Of a stretch of DNA of 64,000 bases, positions 25,210-45,659 are shown piece after piece. The stretch lies in assembly GCA_964016885.1 (NCBI GenBank), contig OZ024745.1, positions 118,668,001-118,732,000 of the forward strand. Reading direction: 5' to 3'. Under the pieces are notes generated by a model, which saw only the letters and a program-made list of their open reading frames with translations, was not told the origin of the DNA and searched no databases. The number at the start of each line of letters is the position of its first letter. The first letter of the stretch is position 1. The translations under genes and the position numbers were made by a program. The DNA is from Eledone cirrhosa. Taxonomy: Eukaryota.

Positions 25210-26050
25210 AACATACATACATACAGAGTATGCACAGTGTTGACTAAAAATCTATTGACTTATTCTGTAGTGCAGGATGACAACATTTAACACACCAGTA
25301 ATTTGTAGGAGGTGAATAAGTGTCCGAGTCTGTTTACAGTCTATAAGCCAGGGTTGTTTATAATTTGAAACTTTAGATCTCACAACTTAGCAATTCAATA
25401 AAACAAGTATCACTCAATTTGAAATATATACTAGGATTGATGTCTCACAAAGTCATAAGGATTGTGCTCCGGCTTGGCCACATTCAAATGGTTGAAGCTG
25501 GTAACAGAACAAAAGAATACCCCATCCTCTCATTTCTGTCCACTGTGTCGGTGACACAACAAAAAGCACCCAGTCCACACTGTAAAGTGGTCATGTCGGT
25601 GACACAACAAAAAGCACCCAGTCTACACTGTAAGGTGGTCGTGTAGGAGACATGGTAAAAAGGCTCCCAGTCCACACTGTAAATGTGGTTGGTGTTAGGA
25701 AGGGCATCCAGCCGTAGAAAACCTGCCAGAGACACTTCTGTACGAGCCAGACACGGCCTCCCGACCATTCCCGCATCAAATGGAACAAAAGCGTCTAACC
25801 CATGCTAGCGTGGAAGATGGACACTAAATGATGATGATATATATATATTCTTTTCTATCCCCCCCCCCCCCTTCTCTCTATCAACAATCGATCAACTTTC
25901 GTCAAATCGGACCGAGGAAACAATGTTTCCGTTGGTCTTTCCAATTGCTAATACTATCTATTGGTCGCAACTCCATGTAGGAGCAATGTGAAATAATGCA
26001 TCGACCGGTCCAGGAATTGAAATGACAACCCTCACGATTGCGAATCAATT

Positions 26051-26114
<64 letters not shown>

Positions 26115-26155
26115 AACAGAGAGGGGGGAGAATAGATATAAATAAGTACATATGC

Positions 26156-26268
26156 TTATGTATACTAACATTCTAATATGTGCATGTGTTTATGTATACT
26201 AACATTCTAATATGTGCATGTGTTTATGTATACTAACATTCTAATATGTGCATGTGTTTATGTATATG
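26156..26268. repeat. 34-bp tandem repeat x3
   Basis: ttatgtatactaacattctaatatgtgcatgtgt. Confidence 0.9.
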
Positions 26269-26835
26269 CGTGGAGGTGAGTGCGTGTCCACACACACACA
26301 TTCATCTATGAGCACACACCTTCACACACAGCACACACATTCACACATACACATTCACACACACACACACACATATTCATACCTAAAAATATTACAGAGG
26401 AAATGATATAAACATGCGTGTGTGTGTGAGTGTGTGTGAGTGTGTAAATTAAATTTTCCCATTATTGTGTATATAATATATTTTAAAGAGATTTCTATTT
26501 ATAGTCTGCCATCACTCCTCTTTTGCTAGCAAGGAAAAACGGACATGAAGATGGGCGATGAAGATGGCGTTGATGATGATGATGTATAATAGATGAAGTC
26601 TTAACCCTCTTCCTCTGCTACCTACATTCCTCTGTGCATCAGCAAAAGCAAGCACTGGTGCTACACTGACTGCGGCTGCTGTCGTTGCAATCACAGATGC
26701 TCTAGTTATAGTAGTAGTTAACATAGTATAACCTGGTAAGAGTACAAACTGCGTTCTACTCGGTGCATTGCTAAACAGAACTAAGCAATAGTAATAATAG
26801 TAATTATTATAATAGCAATAAATCTCTCTCTCTCT

Positions 26836-32987
<6,152 letters not shown>

Positions 32988-33062
32988 GTATGTGGTTGTT
33001 GAGAGGAAAGAGTACTCAATACCAAAGTAGATTTTTAAGATTCAATTTATTAAGGCTAAACA

Positions 33063-33820
<758 letters not shown>

Positions 33821-33980
33821 AAGGGACAAAGTGGCCAATACAAAATTAAAGAATATATTTATTATATTCCTGAAATTATTGTTGCAACTCTTTCACACAT
33901 TCCTCGTGATTATGGCAAGTTCCATGATCAGCAGTCATGTGAAAATCTCAAATTAGAGACAGCAATTTGAGTAATATTAT

Positions 33981-34470
33981 GCTTTCTGATTTAGGCACAA
34001 GGCCAGCAGTTACTCCAGTGCATTACTGGTACTTATTTTATCGACCCCATAAGGATGAAAGGCTAAGTTAACCTCAGCGGGATTTGAGTGATATAATGGT
34101 TTCATATTTAGACTCAAAGCCTACAATTTTCGGAAAGGGGAAATTTGATTAAATTGATCCTAGTGTATTACTGGTACTTTATTTTATCAACTCCATAAGG
34201 ATAAAAGGTAAAGCAAACCTTAGCAGGATTTGAACAAAGCATGTTGTCCGACGCCCTATCACTACTTCTATTAATAATAATGGTTTAGGCACAACACCTA
34301 CAATTTTGGTGGAAGGGAAAGTTGATTAAATCAACCTCAGTACATTACTGGTACTTCATTTTATCAGACCCTCGTAAGGATGAAAGACAAAGCTAACCTT
34401 GGCAAGGTTTGAACTCAGAAGTAACAAAATGCCAGAAAGCATGTCCAAAATTCTACTGATACTACCCATT
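33981..34470 (-). mobile_element. Three tandem diverged Meta-like SINE copies
   Basis: Family motifs at ~33981-34090, 34098-34268 and 34280-34470. Confidence 0.75.
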
Positions 34471-35384
34471 CACGGCTCTCTAAAACAAATAGATATACAT
34501 ATATATGGAATGGATGTCTCTCGGTTTCAATGAGTATTCCATTGGTTTCATCAATGGAACTGTCTGCTAGTGAAATCAATGTGTAAGTGTCCGAGCATTT
34601 CAAAGACACATGTAATTCTCAGGTAGATTCAACATTTTTGTGGCCCTAACATAGTGATGTTGCTGGGGTCATTTCTACAAAGGGGCTGAGAGATTTTAGG
34701 GTGGAATTAGAGGAAAGAAAGGATGACAGGTATATCAGGGAGTCAAATTTACATTTGTCACCTCACCCCACCCATTGTCACTCCTTAGAATCTCCTCCTA
34801 CAATCACCCTGTCATATATATATATACACATATATATATATACTAGCTGAGAAGCCAGTTGGGCAATAATCACAATAGTATGCCTTTATTTCATTTTTTT
34901 TAAATTCCCTGTCAGAACATGTATCCTCTGAGGGATAGTCCCTTTTATTCCCTGTCAGACCATGTCTCCCTTGAGAGATAGTCCCCATGATGAGAAAGAT
35001 TTCTTTATTAATTGGCTCAATTTATAATGTTTGTTGTTTTTCCATCTGGTAGATAAATATAAAGATTTTTCTGAATTCCTACTCTTGAACATCCAACATA
35101 AAGCTGATCATGGGTGAAGCAGGGCTCTTCAAGGTGTAAACCAGCCACCAAAACTGTTTGTCCTTATGATTTGTTGATGGTCATGGCATGACTCACTGGA
35201 TATTGAAGTCATTTGAATTGAAATGAGACATCAGTTGGGATAAGAAGAATTTTGGGAATGAACACACCCTCTCTCCTACCACATCGTGTTGAAATGGTGG
35301 CTTCAATGTGGACACATATTTTTCACAACCAATCGAGCGATGTTGCATAGCCTTAGTGGGCCCAAATTCCTCAATAACATGATG

Positions 35385-35690
35385 ATCATGGTGGTGTTGG
35401 TGGTGGCTGTTGTTGTTGTAATGGCTGTTGGTGGTGGAGGCTGTTGTATTGGTTGTTGTGGTGTTGGTGGCTGTTGTTGTAGTGGCTGTTGTGGTGTTGG
35501 TGGTGGCTGTTGTTGTTGTAATGGCTGTTGGTGGTGGTGGTGGAGGCTGTTTTATTGGTTGTTGTGGTGTAAGTGTTGGCTGTTGTGGTGTTGGTGGCTG
35601 CTGTGGAAGTGGTGATGGTGATAGTAGTAGTAGTAGTAGTAACACTATTGATCATTGTAATTTTGTTTGTGGTGGTGGTAGATGTGGTGG
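35385..35690. repeat. GGT/GTT trinucleotide low-complexity repeat
   Basis: Directly visible. Confidence 0.9.
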
Positions 35691-35971
35691 AGCCCTTTTG
35701 TGGCAATAATATTAGTCAACCCTTTTATTACCACATTACTAACAAAAGACACTGTTTAGGAATTCCAAAGAATCTTTTTTTAAATAATCAAGAATTTGAA
35801 GTAATTGGTAAAATAACTCAATATTAAGTTTGTGTTTGAAACAGCACAGAAAGGTTGTGACATGAAATTATGATGGAAGGTAAATATAAATACTTTTATA
35901 TGGTAGAGCGAGAGGAAGTTTCTGATGGTTTGTTATTAATGTAGTGGCTGTGAAGACAATAGAGATCTATT

Positions 35972-38092
35972 GTGGTGTTGGTGGTAGTGGTGATAGGTGG
36001 TAGTGGTGATAGGTGGTAGTGGTGATAGGTGGTAGTGGTGTTGGTGGTAGTGGTGTTGGTGGTAGTGGTGTTGGTGGTAATGGTGTTGGTGGTAATGGTG
36101 ATAGGTGGTAGTGGTGTTGGTGGTAGTGGTGACAGGTGGTAGTGGTGTTGGTGGTAGTGGTGTTGGTGGTGTTGGTGGTAGTGGTGTTGGTGGTAGTGGT
36201 GTTGGTGGTAGTGGTGTTGGTGGTAGTGGTGCTGGTGGTAGTGGTGACAGGTGGTAGTGGTGACAGGTGGTAGTGGTGACAGGTGGTAGTGGTGTTGGTG
36301 GTAGTGGTGTTGGTGGTAGTGGTGACAGATGGTAGTGGTGACAGATGGTAGTGGTGACAGGTGGTAGTGGTGACAGGTGGTAGTGGTGTTGGTGGTAGTG
36401 GTGTTGGTGGTAGTGGTGCTAGTGGTAGTGGTGCCAGTGTTAATAGTTGTGGTGGTAGTGGTGATAATGTTGATGTCAGTGATAATAGTTGTGGAGCTGG
36501 TGGTAGTGCTGACTGGTGGTAGTGGTGATGGCGGGTAGTGGTAATAGTTGTGGAGCTGGTGGTAGTGGTGATGTCAGTAGTAATAGTTGTGGTAGTGGTG
36601 GTAGTGGTGATGTCAGTGGTAATAGTTGTGGTAGTGGTGATGTCAGTAGTAATAGTTGTGGTAGTGGTGGTAGTGGTGATGTCCGTGGTAATAGTTGTGG
36701 TAGTGGTGATGTCAGTAGTAATAGTTGTGGTAGTGGTGGTAGTGGTGATGTCCGTGGTAATAGTTGTGGTAGTGGTGATGTCAGTAGTAATAGTTGTGGT
36801 AGTGGTGATGTCAGTGGTAATAGTTGTGGTAGTGGTGGTAGTGGTGATGTCAGTAGTAATAGTTGTGGTAGTGGTGGTAGTGGTGATGTCAGTGGTAATA
36901 GTTGTGGTAGTGGTGATGTCAGTAGTAATAGTTGTGGTAGTGGTGATGTCCGTGGTAATAGTTGTGGTAGTGGTGATGTCCGTGGTAATAGTTGTGGTAG
37001 TGGTGATGTCAGTAGTAATAGTTGTGGTAGTGGTGGTAGTGGTGATGTCCGTGGTAATAGTTGTGGTAGTGGTGATGTCAGTAGTAATAGTTGTGGTAGT
37101 GGTGATGTCCGTGGTAATAGTTGTGGTAGTGGTGATGTCCGTGGTAATAGTTGTGGTAGTGGTGGTAGTGGTGATGTCCGTGGTAATAGTTGTGGTAGTG
37201 GTGATGTCAGTAGTAATAGTTGTGGTAGTGGTGGTAGTGGTGATGTCCGTGGTAATAGTTGTGGTAGTGGTGATGTCAGTAGTAATAGTTGTGGTAGTGG
37301 TGGTAGTGGTGATGTCAGTAGTAATAGTTGTGGTAGTGGTGATGTCCGTGGTAATAGTTGTGGTAGTGGTGATGTCCGTGGTAATAGTTGTGGTAGTGGT
37401 GATGTCCGTGGTAATAGTTGTGGTAGTGGTGGTAGTGGTGATGTCCGTGGTAATAGTTGTGGTAGTGGTGATGTCCGTGGTAATAGTTGTGGTAGTGGTG
37501 ATGTCCGTGGTAATAGTTGTGGTAGTGGTGATGTCCGTGGTAATAGTTGTGGTAGTGGTGGTAGTGGTGATGTCCGTGGTAATAGTTGTGGTAGTGGTGA
37601 TGTCAGTAGTAATAGTTGTGGTAGTGGTGATGTCAGTGGTAATAGTTGTGGTAGTGGTGGTAGTGGTGATGTCAGTAGTAATAGTTGTGGTAGTGGTGGT
37701 AGTGGTGATGTCAGTGGTAATAGTTGTGGTAGTGGTGATGTCAGTAGTAATAGTTGTGGTAGTGGTGATGTCAGTAGTAATAGTTGTGGTAGTGGTGATG
37801 TCAGTAGTAATAGTTGTGGTAGTGGTGATGTCAGTGGTAATAGTTGTGGTAGTGGTGGTAGTGGTGATGTCAGTGGTAATAGTTGTGGTAGTGGTGATGT
37901 CAGTAGTAATAGTTGTGGTAGTGGTGGTAGTGGTGATGTCAGTAGTAATAGTTGTGGTAGTGGTGGTAGTGGTGATGTCAGTAGTAATAGTTGTGGTAGT
38001 GGTGGTAGTGGTGATGTCAGTGGTAATAGTTGTGGCAGTGGTAGTGGTAATATTGATAACAGTGGTGGTAGTGGTAACAGTGGTGGTAGTGT
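35972..38092. repeat. GGT/AGT-based minisatellite: 15-bp units (35972-36430), then 30/39-bp units (36540-38040)
   Basis: ggtggtagtggtg(tt/aca), then gtggtgatgtc(a/c)gt(a/g)gtaatagttgtggta with an optional 9-bp gtggtggta. Confidence 0.95.
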
Positions 38093-38249
38093 AGAAAGGT
38101 TGTAGTGAATGTCAACAGCAGCTGTAGTAATACTAACAGTAGTAATAAAGGTAGTACAAGTGTTGTCATCTGTGTAGTGATAGTTGTTCACCCAACACCC
38201 CATGGGTGCACTATAAGAAATTGGAGCAGTAATCTAATCTCTCTCATAC

Positions 38250-38810
38250 ATCTCTCTCTCTCTCTTTCCTTCTCCCTCATTCTTTCTCTCCTCTTACCTC
38301 CTCTCATTCTCTTTCCTTCTCTTACCTCCTCTCATTCTCTTTCCTTCTCTTACCTCCTCCCATTCTCTTTCCTTCTCTTACCTCCTCTCATTCTCTCTTT
38401 CCTTCTCTTACCTCCTCTCATTCTCTTTCCTTCTCTTACCTCCTCTCATTCTCTTACCTCCTCCCATTCTCTTTCCTTCTCTTACCTCCTCTCATTCTCT
38501 CTTACCTCCTCTCATTCTCTTTCCTTCTCTTACCTCCTCCCATTCTCTTTCCTTCTCTTACCCCTTCTCATTCTCTCTTTCCTTCTCTTACCTCCTCCCA
38601 TTCTCTTTCCTTCTCTTACCTCCTCTCATTCTCTTTCCTTCTCTTACCTCCTCTCATTCTCTCTTTCCTTCTCTTACCCCCTCTCATTCTCTTTTTCCTT
38701 CTCTCATTCTCTTTTTCCTTCTCCCTCTTCTCTTTCGCTCACTCCCTCTCTCACCCTTTCCCTCTCATCCTCTCTCTCCATCTCCCTCTCATCTTCTCTC
38801 TCCCTAACCT
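38250..38810. repeat. Polypyrimidine minisatellite (~28-bp units)
   Basis: cctcctctcattctctttccttctctta and variants. Confidence 0.9.
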
Positions 38811-39109
38811 ACATACTTTTCCTTCCTTCCTTTATCTCCTGGTTTGTTATATTATTATTATTATTATTTAATCCACTGTTCAGTATTGTTTATTGATTAA
38901 TTGATTGTAGGTGGGGGTGGGAGTGGCAGAGGTCTGAAGACAACAGAGAGACCTCTTACATAGATCAAATAACTACATAACAACAGCAGCAGCAGCAGTA
39001 GTGGTAGTAATAGTAGTAGTGGTAATAATAGTAATGGTAGTGTTAATATATAATATTTGTGACAATAGTGAAGATAAATATATGATAGAGTACACAAATA
39101 TACATAGAT

Positions 39110-39159
<50 letters not shown>

Positions 39160-39174
39160 ATATATATATGAATG

Positions 39175-39205
<31 letters not shown>

Positions 39206-39400
39206 ATATATATATATATGAATGTATATATATATATATGAATGTATATATATATATATAGGTATATATGTATATATATGTCTAACCCAGCTAGCATGGA
39301 AGATGGACGTTAAACAAAGATGATGATGTATGCATGTATATATATATATATATGTGTGTGTGTATATGTATGTATGTATATATGTATGTATATATGTCTG

Positions 39401-39456
<56 letters not shown>

Positions 39457-40440
39457 CATGTATACATGTATATATATATATGTGTGTATATATGTACATG
39501 TATGTATGTGCGTGTGTATATATATATGTATGTATGTATGTATATGCTCTAAATAACACTGGATAATAGATAACAAAAGAATGGGCACATTTCACATTGA
39601 GAGTTGATCAAGTACACTTTCCACGGTTACATCAAACATAGGAACATGTGCATCAAGTTGTTGAGTGCAATAGATGCACATACATGTGTGTGTGTAGAGG
39701 GAGGTTGTGTGTGTGTGTGTGTTAGCTAAGGAATAAGATTAATGTATGTGCACAGTGTCTGGTTGCCTGTTCAGGATTGATTCTGTGTGTGATTGCATGT
39801 GGATAGTTGTGAGTGGGGTGTGGGGGGGGGTATGGTTGTGTACCTGAGTGGTTGTATGTGTGTGTGGTTGCGTGTGTGTGTGTGGTTGCGTGTGTGTGTG
39901 GTTGCGTGTGTGTGTGTGGTTGCGTGTGTGTGTGGTTGCGTGTGTCTATGGTTGTGTACCTGAATGGTTGTGTGTGTGTGTGGGTGTGTATGATTGTGTA
40001 TGTGAATGGTTGTGTGTGTGGGTGTGTATGGTTGTGCGTGTGTGTGGGGGGGGGGGGTATGATTGTGTACCTGAATGGTTGTGTGTGTGTGTATGGTTGT
40101 GTACCTGAATGGTTGTGTGTGTGTGGGTGTGTATGGTGGTGTACCTGAATGGTTGTGTGTGTGTGTGGGTGTGTATGGTGGTGTACCTGAATGGTTGTGT
40201 GTGTGTGTGTGGGTGTGTATGGTTGTGTGTGTATGGTTGTGTACCTGAATGGTTGTGTGTGTGTGTATGGGTGTGTGTGTGTGTGGGTGTGTATGGTTGT
40301 GTGTGTGTGTGGGTGTGTATGGTTGTGTGTGTGTGTGTGTGTATGGTTGTGTGTGTGTGGGTGTGTATGGTTGTGTGTGTGTATGGTTGTGTGTGAGTAT
40401 GGTTGTATACCTGAATGGTTGTGTGTGTGTGTGTGTGTGT
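39110..40440. repeat. TA/TG microsatellites, including (tatggttgtgtacctgaatggttg)(TG)n units
   Basis: Directly visible. Confidence 0.85.
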
Positions 40441-40471
40441 GTTGTTGTACTTCCGATATGTGTATGTATGT

Positions 40472-40666
40472 ATGAAGCTTTAAGCCTGGCTATATGTGTG
40501 TGTGTGTGTATGTATGTGTGTATGAAGCTTTAAGCCTGGCTATATGTGTGTGTGTGTGAAGCTTTAAGCCTGGCTATATGTGTGTGTGTGTGTATGTATG
40601 TATGTGTGTATGAAGCTTTAAGCCTGGCTATATGTGTGTGTATGTATGAAGCTTTTTAAGCCTAGC

Positions 40667-40698
<32 letters not shown>

Positions 40699-40926
40699 AA
40701 GCTTTAAGCCTGGCTATATGTGTGTGTGTGTATGTATGTGTGTATGAAGCTTTAAGCCTGGCTATATGTGTGTGTGTGTATGAAGCTTTAAGCCTGGCTA
40801 TATGTGTGTGTGTGTGTGTGTGAAGCTTTAAGCCTGGCTATATGTGTGTGTGTGTATGTATGTGTGTATGAAGCTTTAAGCCTGGCTATATGTGTGTGTG
40901 TGTATGAAGCTTTAAGCCTGGCTATA

Positions 40927-40958
<32 letters not shown>

Positions 40959-41044
40959 TATGAAGCTTTAAGCCTGGCTATATGTGTGTGTGTGTATGAA
41001 GCTTTAAGCCTGGCTATATGTGTGTGTGAAGCTTTAAGCCTGGC

Positions 41045-41102
<58 letters not shown>

Positions 41103-41180
41103 GCTTTAAGCCTGGCTGTATGTGTGAGTGTGCCAGTGTGTATGTATGAGTATGTATGAAGCTTCCCTTGGCTATATGTG
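40472..41180. repeat. Array of constant gaagctttaagcctggctata motifs separated by variable (TG)n (~15 copies)
   Basis: Directly visible. Confidence 0.92.
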
Positions 41181-41204
41181 TGTGTGTGTAAGTTCACTTC
41201 TGTA

Positions 41205-41702
41205 CCTGTCTATGAGCTGCACTGTGGCTGTGTGGCTGTGTATGTGTATGTGTTTTCATGTCTATGAGCTGCACTGTGTATATGTGTATGTGGATGTGTT
41301 TTCATGTCTATGAGCTGCACTGTGTATGTGTATGTGGATGTGTATGTGTTTTCATGTCTATGAGCTGCACTGTGTATGTGTATGTGTTTTCATGTCTATG
41401 AGCTGCACTGTGTATATGTGTATGTGTATGTGTATGTGTTTTCATGTCTATGAGCTGCACTGTGTATATGTGTATGTGTATGTGTATGTGTTTTCATGTG
41501 TATGTGTATGTGTATGTGTTTTAATGTCTATGAGCTGCACTGTGTATATGTGTATGTGTATGTGTATGTGTTTTCATGTGTATGTGTATGTGTATGTGTT
41601 TTCATGTCTATGAGCTGCACTGTGTATGTGTGTATGTGTGTATGTGGATGTGTGTGTGTATGTGTTTTCATGTCTATGAGGTTCACTGTGTGGCTGTGTG
41701 TA

Positions 41703-41741
<39 letters not shown>

Positions 41742-41745
41742 GTGT
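41205..41745. repeat. Array of gttttcatgtctatgagctgcactgtg motifs separated by (TATGTG)n (~9 copies)
   Basis: Directly visible. Confidence 0.9.
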
Positions 41746-41809
41746 ACTGTTAACATATTATTGATGATGTGGAGTCAATGTCGGTAGTGATGGATATATT
41801 GATGATAGC

Positions 41810-42330
41810 AGCAGTGGTGGTGGTGGTGGTGACAGTGGTGGTGGTGGTGACTGGTGGCAGTGGTGGTGGTGACAGTGGTGGTGGTGGTGACTAGTGTGGG
41901 TGGTGGTGGTGGTGGTGGTGACTGGTGTGGGTGGTGGTAATGGTAGTGACAGTGGCGGTGGTGGTGGTGGTTGTTGTTGAGATGGTGGTGGTGGTGATAG
42001 TGATGGTGGTGGTGGTGACAGTGATGGTGGTGGTGACAGTGGTGGCGGTGGTGACTGGTGACAGTGGTGGTGGGTGGTTGCTGTTGAGATGGTGGTGGTG
42101 GTGTTGATGGTGATGGTAGTAGTAGTGGTAGTGGTGGTAGTGTTGATATTGATGGTAGTAGTGGTGGTAGTGGTGGTAGTGTTGATATTGATGGTAGTAG
42201 TGGTGGTAGTGTTGATATTGATGGTAGTAGTGGTGGTAGTGGTGGTAGTGTTGATATTGATGATGGTAGTGGTGGTAGTGTTGATATTGATGGAGGTAGT
42301 GGTAGTAGTGGTGTTAGTATGGTGGTAGTG
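41810..42330. repeat. GGT/GAT/GTA trinucleotide low-complexity repeat
   Basis: Directly visible. Confidence 0.9.
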
Positions 42331-42583
42331 CCTCATGAGATTCAGTATAGTGAGGAATACAAATCTCAGTAGTAATGATGGATAAAGAAGCAAAAAGGAA
42401 AAGAAGCAGAGAGCAGAGGGAGAGTGAGTCTAGAAGTTTCTATTCTCAAAGTTCACTGAGTTCAGGATAATTGCAGACATTTCATTAGCAGTATTAGAAT
42501 AATGTTATCCACATTAAGTAGGGAGATTTCTCGGACATTTCATATTTTTCTGCTTCCATTTCACAGATCTACCTGCAAATACA

Positions 42584-42752
42584 CCGTATTTCCCAGCGTC
42601 AAAGACGCTACTTTTTTCATAAAATAAGTCTTAAAAATCTACCATGCATCCTGGAGGCCAAAAGTTGTTTATTTTTTATTCAAATTTTTGGTTGTCAAAA
42701 TTAGGGTGGTGCCTCCTCGAGGACAAAGCGTCTTCGGCGCTGTGAAATACGG
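42584..42752. mobile_element. pogo-like MITE
   Basis: TIRs ccgtatttcccagcgtcaaagacgct/agcgtcttcggcgctgtgaaatacgg-ta. A partial second copy lies at ~42985-43077. Confidence 0.7.
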
Positions 42753-43144
42753 TAATTCATTCCCTGTTAGCGTATCAGTACTGAGATTTGAGTGTATAAA
42801 TGTACACAACCTGCCAGAAGTCAGTTTTGAAGTTAGGTCAGTTGTTTAATGATCCCTGGTCATTAGATTTAGATGAGATAGCCATCAGCAAGAACTGGGT
42901 TTCCTGGTTGCATGTATTATATCTCCTTGATGTCTAGAAGGTGTATGTATGTTTTGGTTGGCTTGAAGGTAGCGAGAGTACCGAAGGTTGTTAATTATTT
43001 TTTTTTTCAAATTTTTGGTTGTCAAAATAAGGCTGTGTCCTCAAGGACGAAGCATCTTCGGCGCCGGGAAATAGGGTACCTATATGTATGAATCTGTAGA
43101 TATATATGTACATGTTTGGAGGTATGTGAATGCATTTACACATA

Positions 43145-43430
43145 CAGGGCCGGCGCTACCATATAGGTAAACTAGGCAACCGCCTAGGGTGCTGATTTCA
43201 GGGGGCGCATTTCTCCAAATCAACAAGAATTTTGAAAAATAAATAAATAAATTTCAGTTTTATTGAGGGTCAGTTTTTATCCTGGTTTATTTCATACAGG
43301 GAAAAATAAATGTTGAAAACATTTTTTTTTAATCTATTATTTAAAAATGTTTAAACTGATATTTTTCCAGGAAGGGGTGGGGTGGCATCTAACCTTGCCT
43401 AGGGTGCCAGATAGTCTGGGGCTGGCCCTG
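43145..43430. mobile_element. hAT-like MITE
   Basis: TIRs cagggccggc/gctggccctg with subterminal gcctagggtgc repeats. The TSD is imperfect. Confidence 0.65.
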
Positions 43431-43456
43431 CATACACACACATATATATATATATA

Positions 43457-43791
43457 TCATCATTTCATTTTACGTCCGCTTTTTCCCTGCTTGCAAGGGT
43501 GGGACGGGAACTGATTCTGGCTTGATTTCTACAGCTGGATGCCCTTCCTAACACCAACCTCATTTACAGTGAGTGCTGGGTGCTTTTTTGCAGTGGCACC
43601 TGCACGACCTCTTTGCAGTGGAATGATATGGACCCCAGTCCCTATCATCTCATTTCTACAGCTGAGTAAACTGGAGCAATGTGAAATAAAGTGTCTTGCT
43701 CAAGGAAACAACACATCACCCGGTCTGAGAATTGAACTCACAACCTTTCGATTGCAAGGCCAATGCTCTAACCACTAAGCCATGTGCCTCC
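43457..43791 (-). mobile_element. CORE-like tRNA SINE with RTE-type tail (near full length)
   Basis: Nearly identical to 17650-17988. Confidence 0.87.
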
Positions 43792-44694
43792 ATATATATA
43801 TAAGTGTAAGTTACATATAGCCCAGCTGCCACATCAACTCACTCAATGAATTTAGAGCGATCACATGTTGTAAATACGAATCTGTAAGTCAGGGTGGACA
43901 CTATACGTTAAACAGTGGATAAACGACAGTGTAGGAACATACACATATGCATGTATATGCCATGTGTATTGCAGCTTTTAGAATAGGAACACCATATCCC
44001 TGCATGTCATAAGAAGCTACCAAAAAGGTTGGTGTCAGGAAGGGTACTCAACTGTAAAATAGTGCCTCAAAAACATCCTCTACAACCTATGCCAGTATGG
44101 AAAAGTCGACATAAAAACGATGAAAATGATATATATTTATGTCCACTGTAAAGTGGTCGTGTAGGCGTCACAACAAAAAGTACCACGTACTGTAAATGAG
44201 GTTGATCTTAAGAAGGGCAGCCAGCAGTAGAAATCAAGCCAAAATCAGTTCTGTATAAGCAAGACATACACATACCTGTATACCTACAGACATACATACA
44301 TATACATACATACACATCACACACATATGTATACACATCTAGTCAAGTATTTAAGTTTACATATACATTTGTAGTTTATGTACACAAACTATCATGTAGA
44401 CCGGTTCCTGTTTCACCAATGTAGTATTCTTTACATTGTGGACAGGTTGCACAGTAAATTAAGTTTTTTGTTTTGCAATTCATGTTTGCATTAACTTTGA
44501 AAATCTGATTGTTTTTAAAGGAAATATATATAGGGGGATGGACATTTGTAAGAGCAACATCAAATACAAGTCTGTCCTCTTATCAATACCCTGATTGCCT
44601 TAGAAATATATTACGTAATAAATGTATTGCATACAATGCTGTTTGGGGAGGTAATGGTAGTGATTGTGTGATGAAAGTATTAAGTAATTAATAA

Positions 44695-44876
44695 CTGTTT
44701 CTACTTTAGGCACAAGGCCAGCAATTACCCAGTGCATTACTGGTACTTTATTTTATCGACCCCGTAAGGATGAAAGGCAAAGTCAACCTCGGCGGGATTT
44801 GAACTCAGATCGTAAAGGGACGTAACTATGCTGGAAAGCATGGCGTCCGACCCTCTACCGATACTGCCAATCCACC
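44695..44876 (-). mobile_element. Meta-like tRNA SINE, young full-length copy
   Basis: Intact box A and box B; almost identical to 55420-55602 and 1668-1840. Confidence 0.88.
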
Positions 44877-45003
44877 AGAAATATGTATTACAGGCGATTT
44901 ATATAATAAAATGAGTTATGAATATCTAGCCTTCATATTTTTATGTGCCTGTATATATATGTGTATATATGTATATATATATATATGTGTGTGTGTGTAC
45001 ACA

Positions 45004-45218
45004 CAGTCTGTTCGCTTTTTACGTGAACTTGAAGTACACGAATTCGCTTTAACGCCTCTAGAAAAAATATTATTAAATATTAATTTTGCGTGGATAATGC
45101 GCTATAACACGTGTAGTTTTTAATCTTTTTTATTTATGGGAAAATTAGACTTGAATTACATGAATTTGCTTTACGCACCATGTTCATGAACGCATATTTG
45201 TGTAAAGAGTGGACAGAG
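45004..45218. mobile_element. Decayed pogo/mariner-like MITE
   Basis: Imperfect TIRs cagtctgttcgcttttac/gtaaagagtggacagag. Confidence 0.4.
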
Positions 45219-45233
45219 CATGGGTGTGTATTC

Positions 45234-45287
<54 letters not shown>

Positions 45288-45659
45288 GTGCACAATAGTA
45301 CTAATGCACATGTGTTTGTGTGTGCATGCATGCACAAACATGTGTGTCTGTGTGCGAGGAGCTGATTCTAGCTCATCAATGTCACTCAAGCTTGGTGATA
45401 ACAGTTCAAATACATTTATGGTGATTCTAAATTTTTTTATTCCTTTTGATCATCAAGTTTGTTCATTTCACTACGTACAATTTTATGATTTCAAGCGAGC
45501 ACATTCATTCCACTAATGTTTGCTTCTATAGCCTTGGGTTGACTCAAAAAGCCATCCTATATATAGGTCTAGATATTCTTGACACAAAGTCTGTAGTGCT
45601 GGAGGTACCATAAAATGTTCCCCAGTACATGCTGTAATGTGGTAGTGCTGGAGGTACCA

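Noticed and set aside
33880-33945. Minus-strand ctgatca...gaaagagttgca as a hammerhead relic
   Set aside because: The core is mutated and the stems are too degenerate to support a call.
35193-35645. 150-aa ORF with a signal-peptide-like Leu run and P/T-rich body
   Set aside because: It is mostly trinucleotide repeat, starts at a non-ATG codon, and its unique tail matches nothing I recognise.
40472-41745. CRISPR-like repeat-spacer layout
   Set aside because: The spacers are (TG)n or (TATGTG)n, and the context is eukaryotic.
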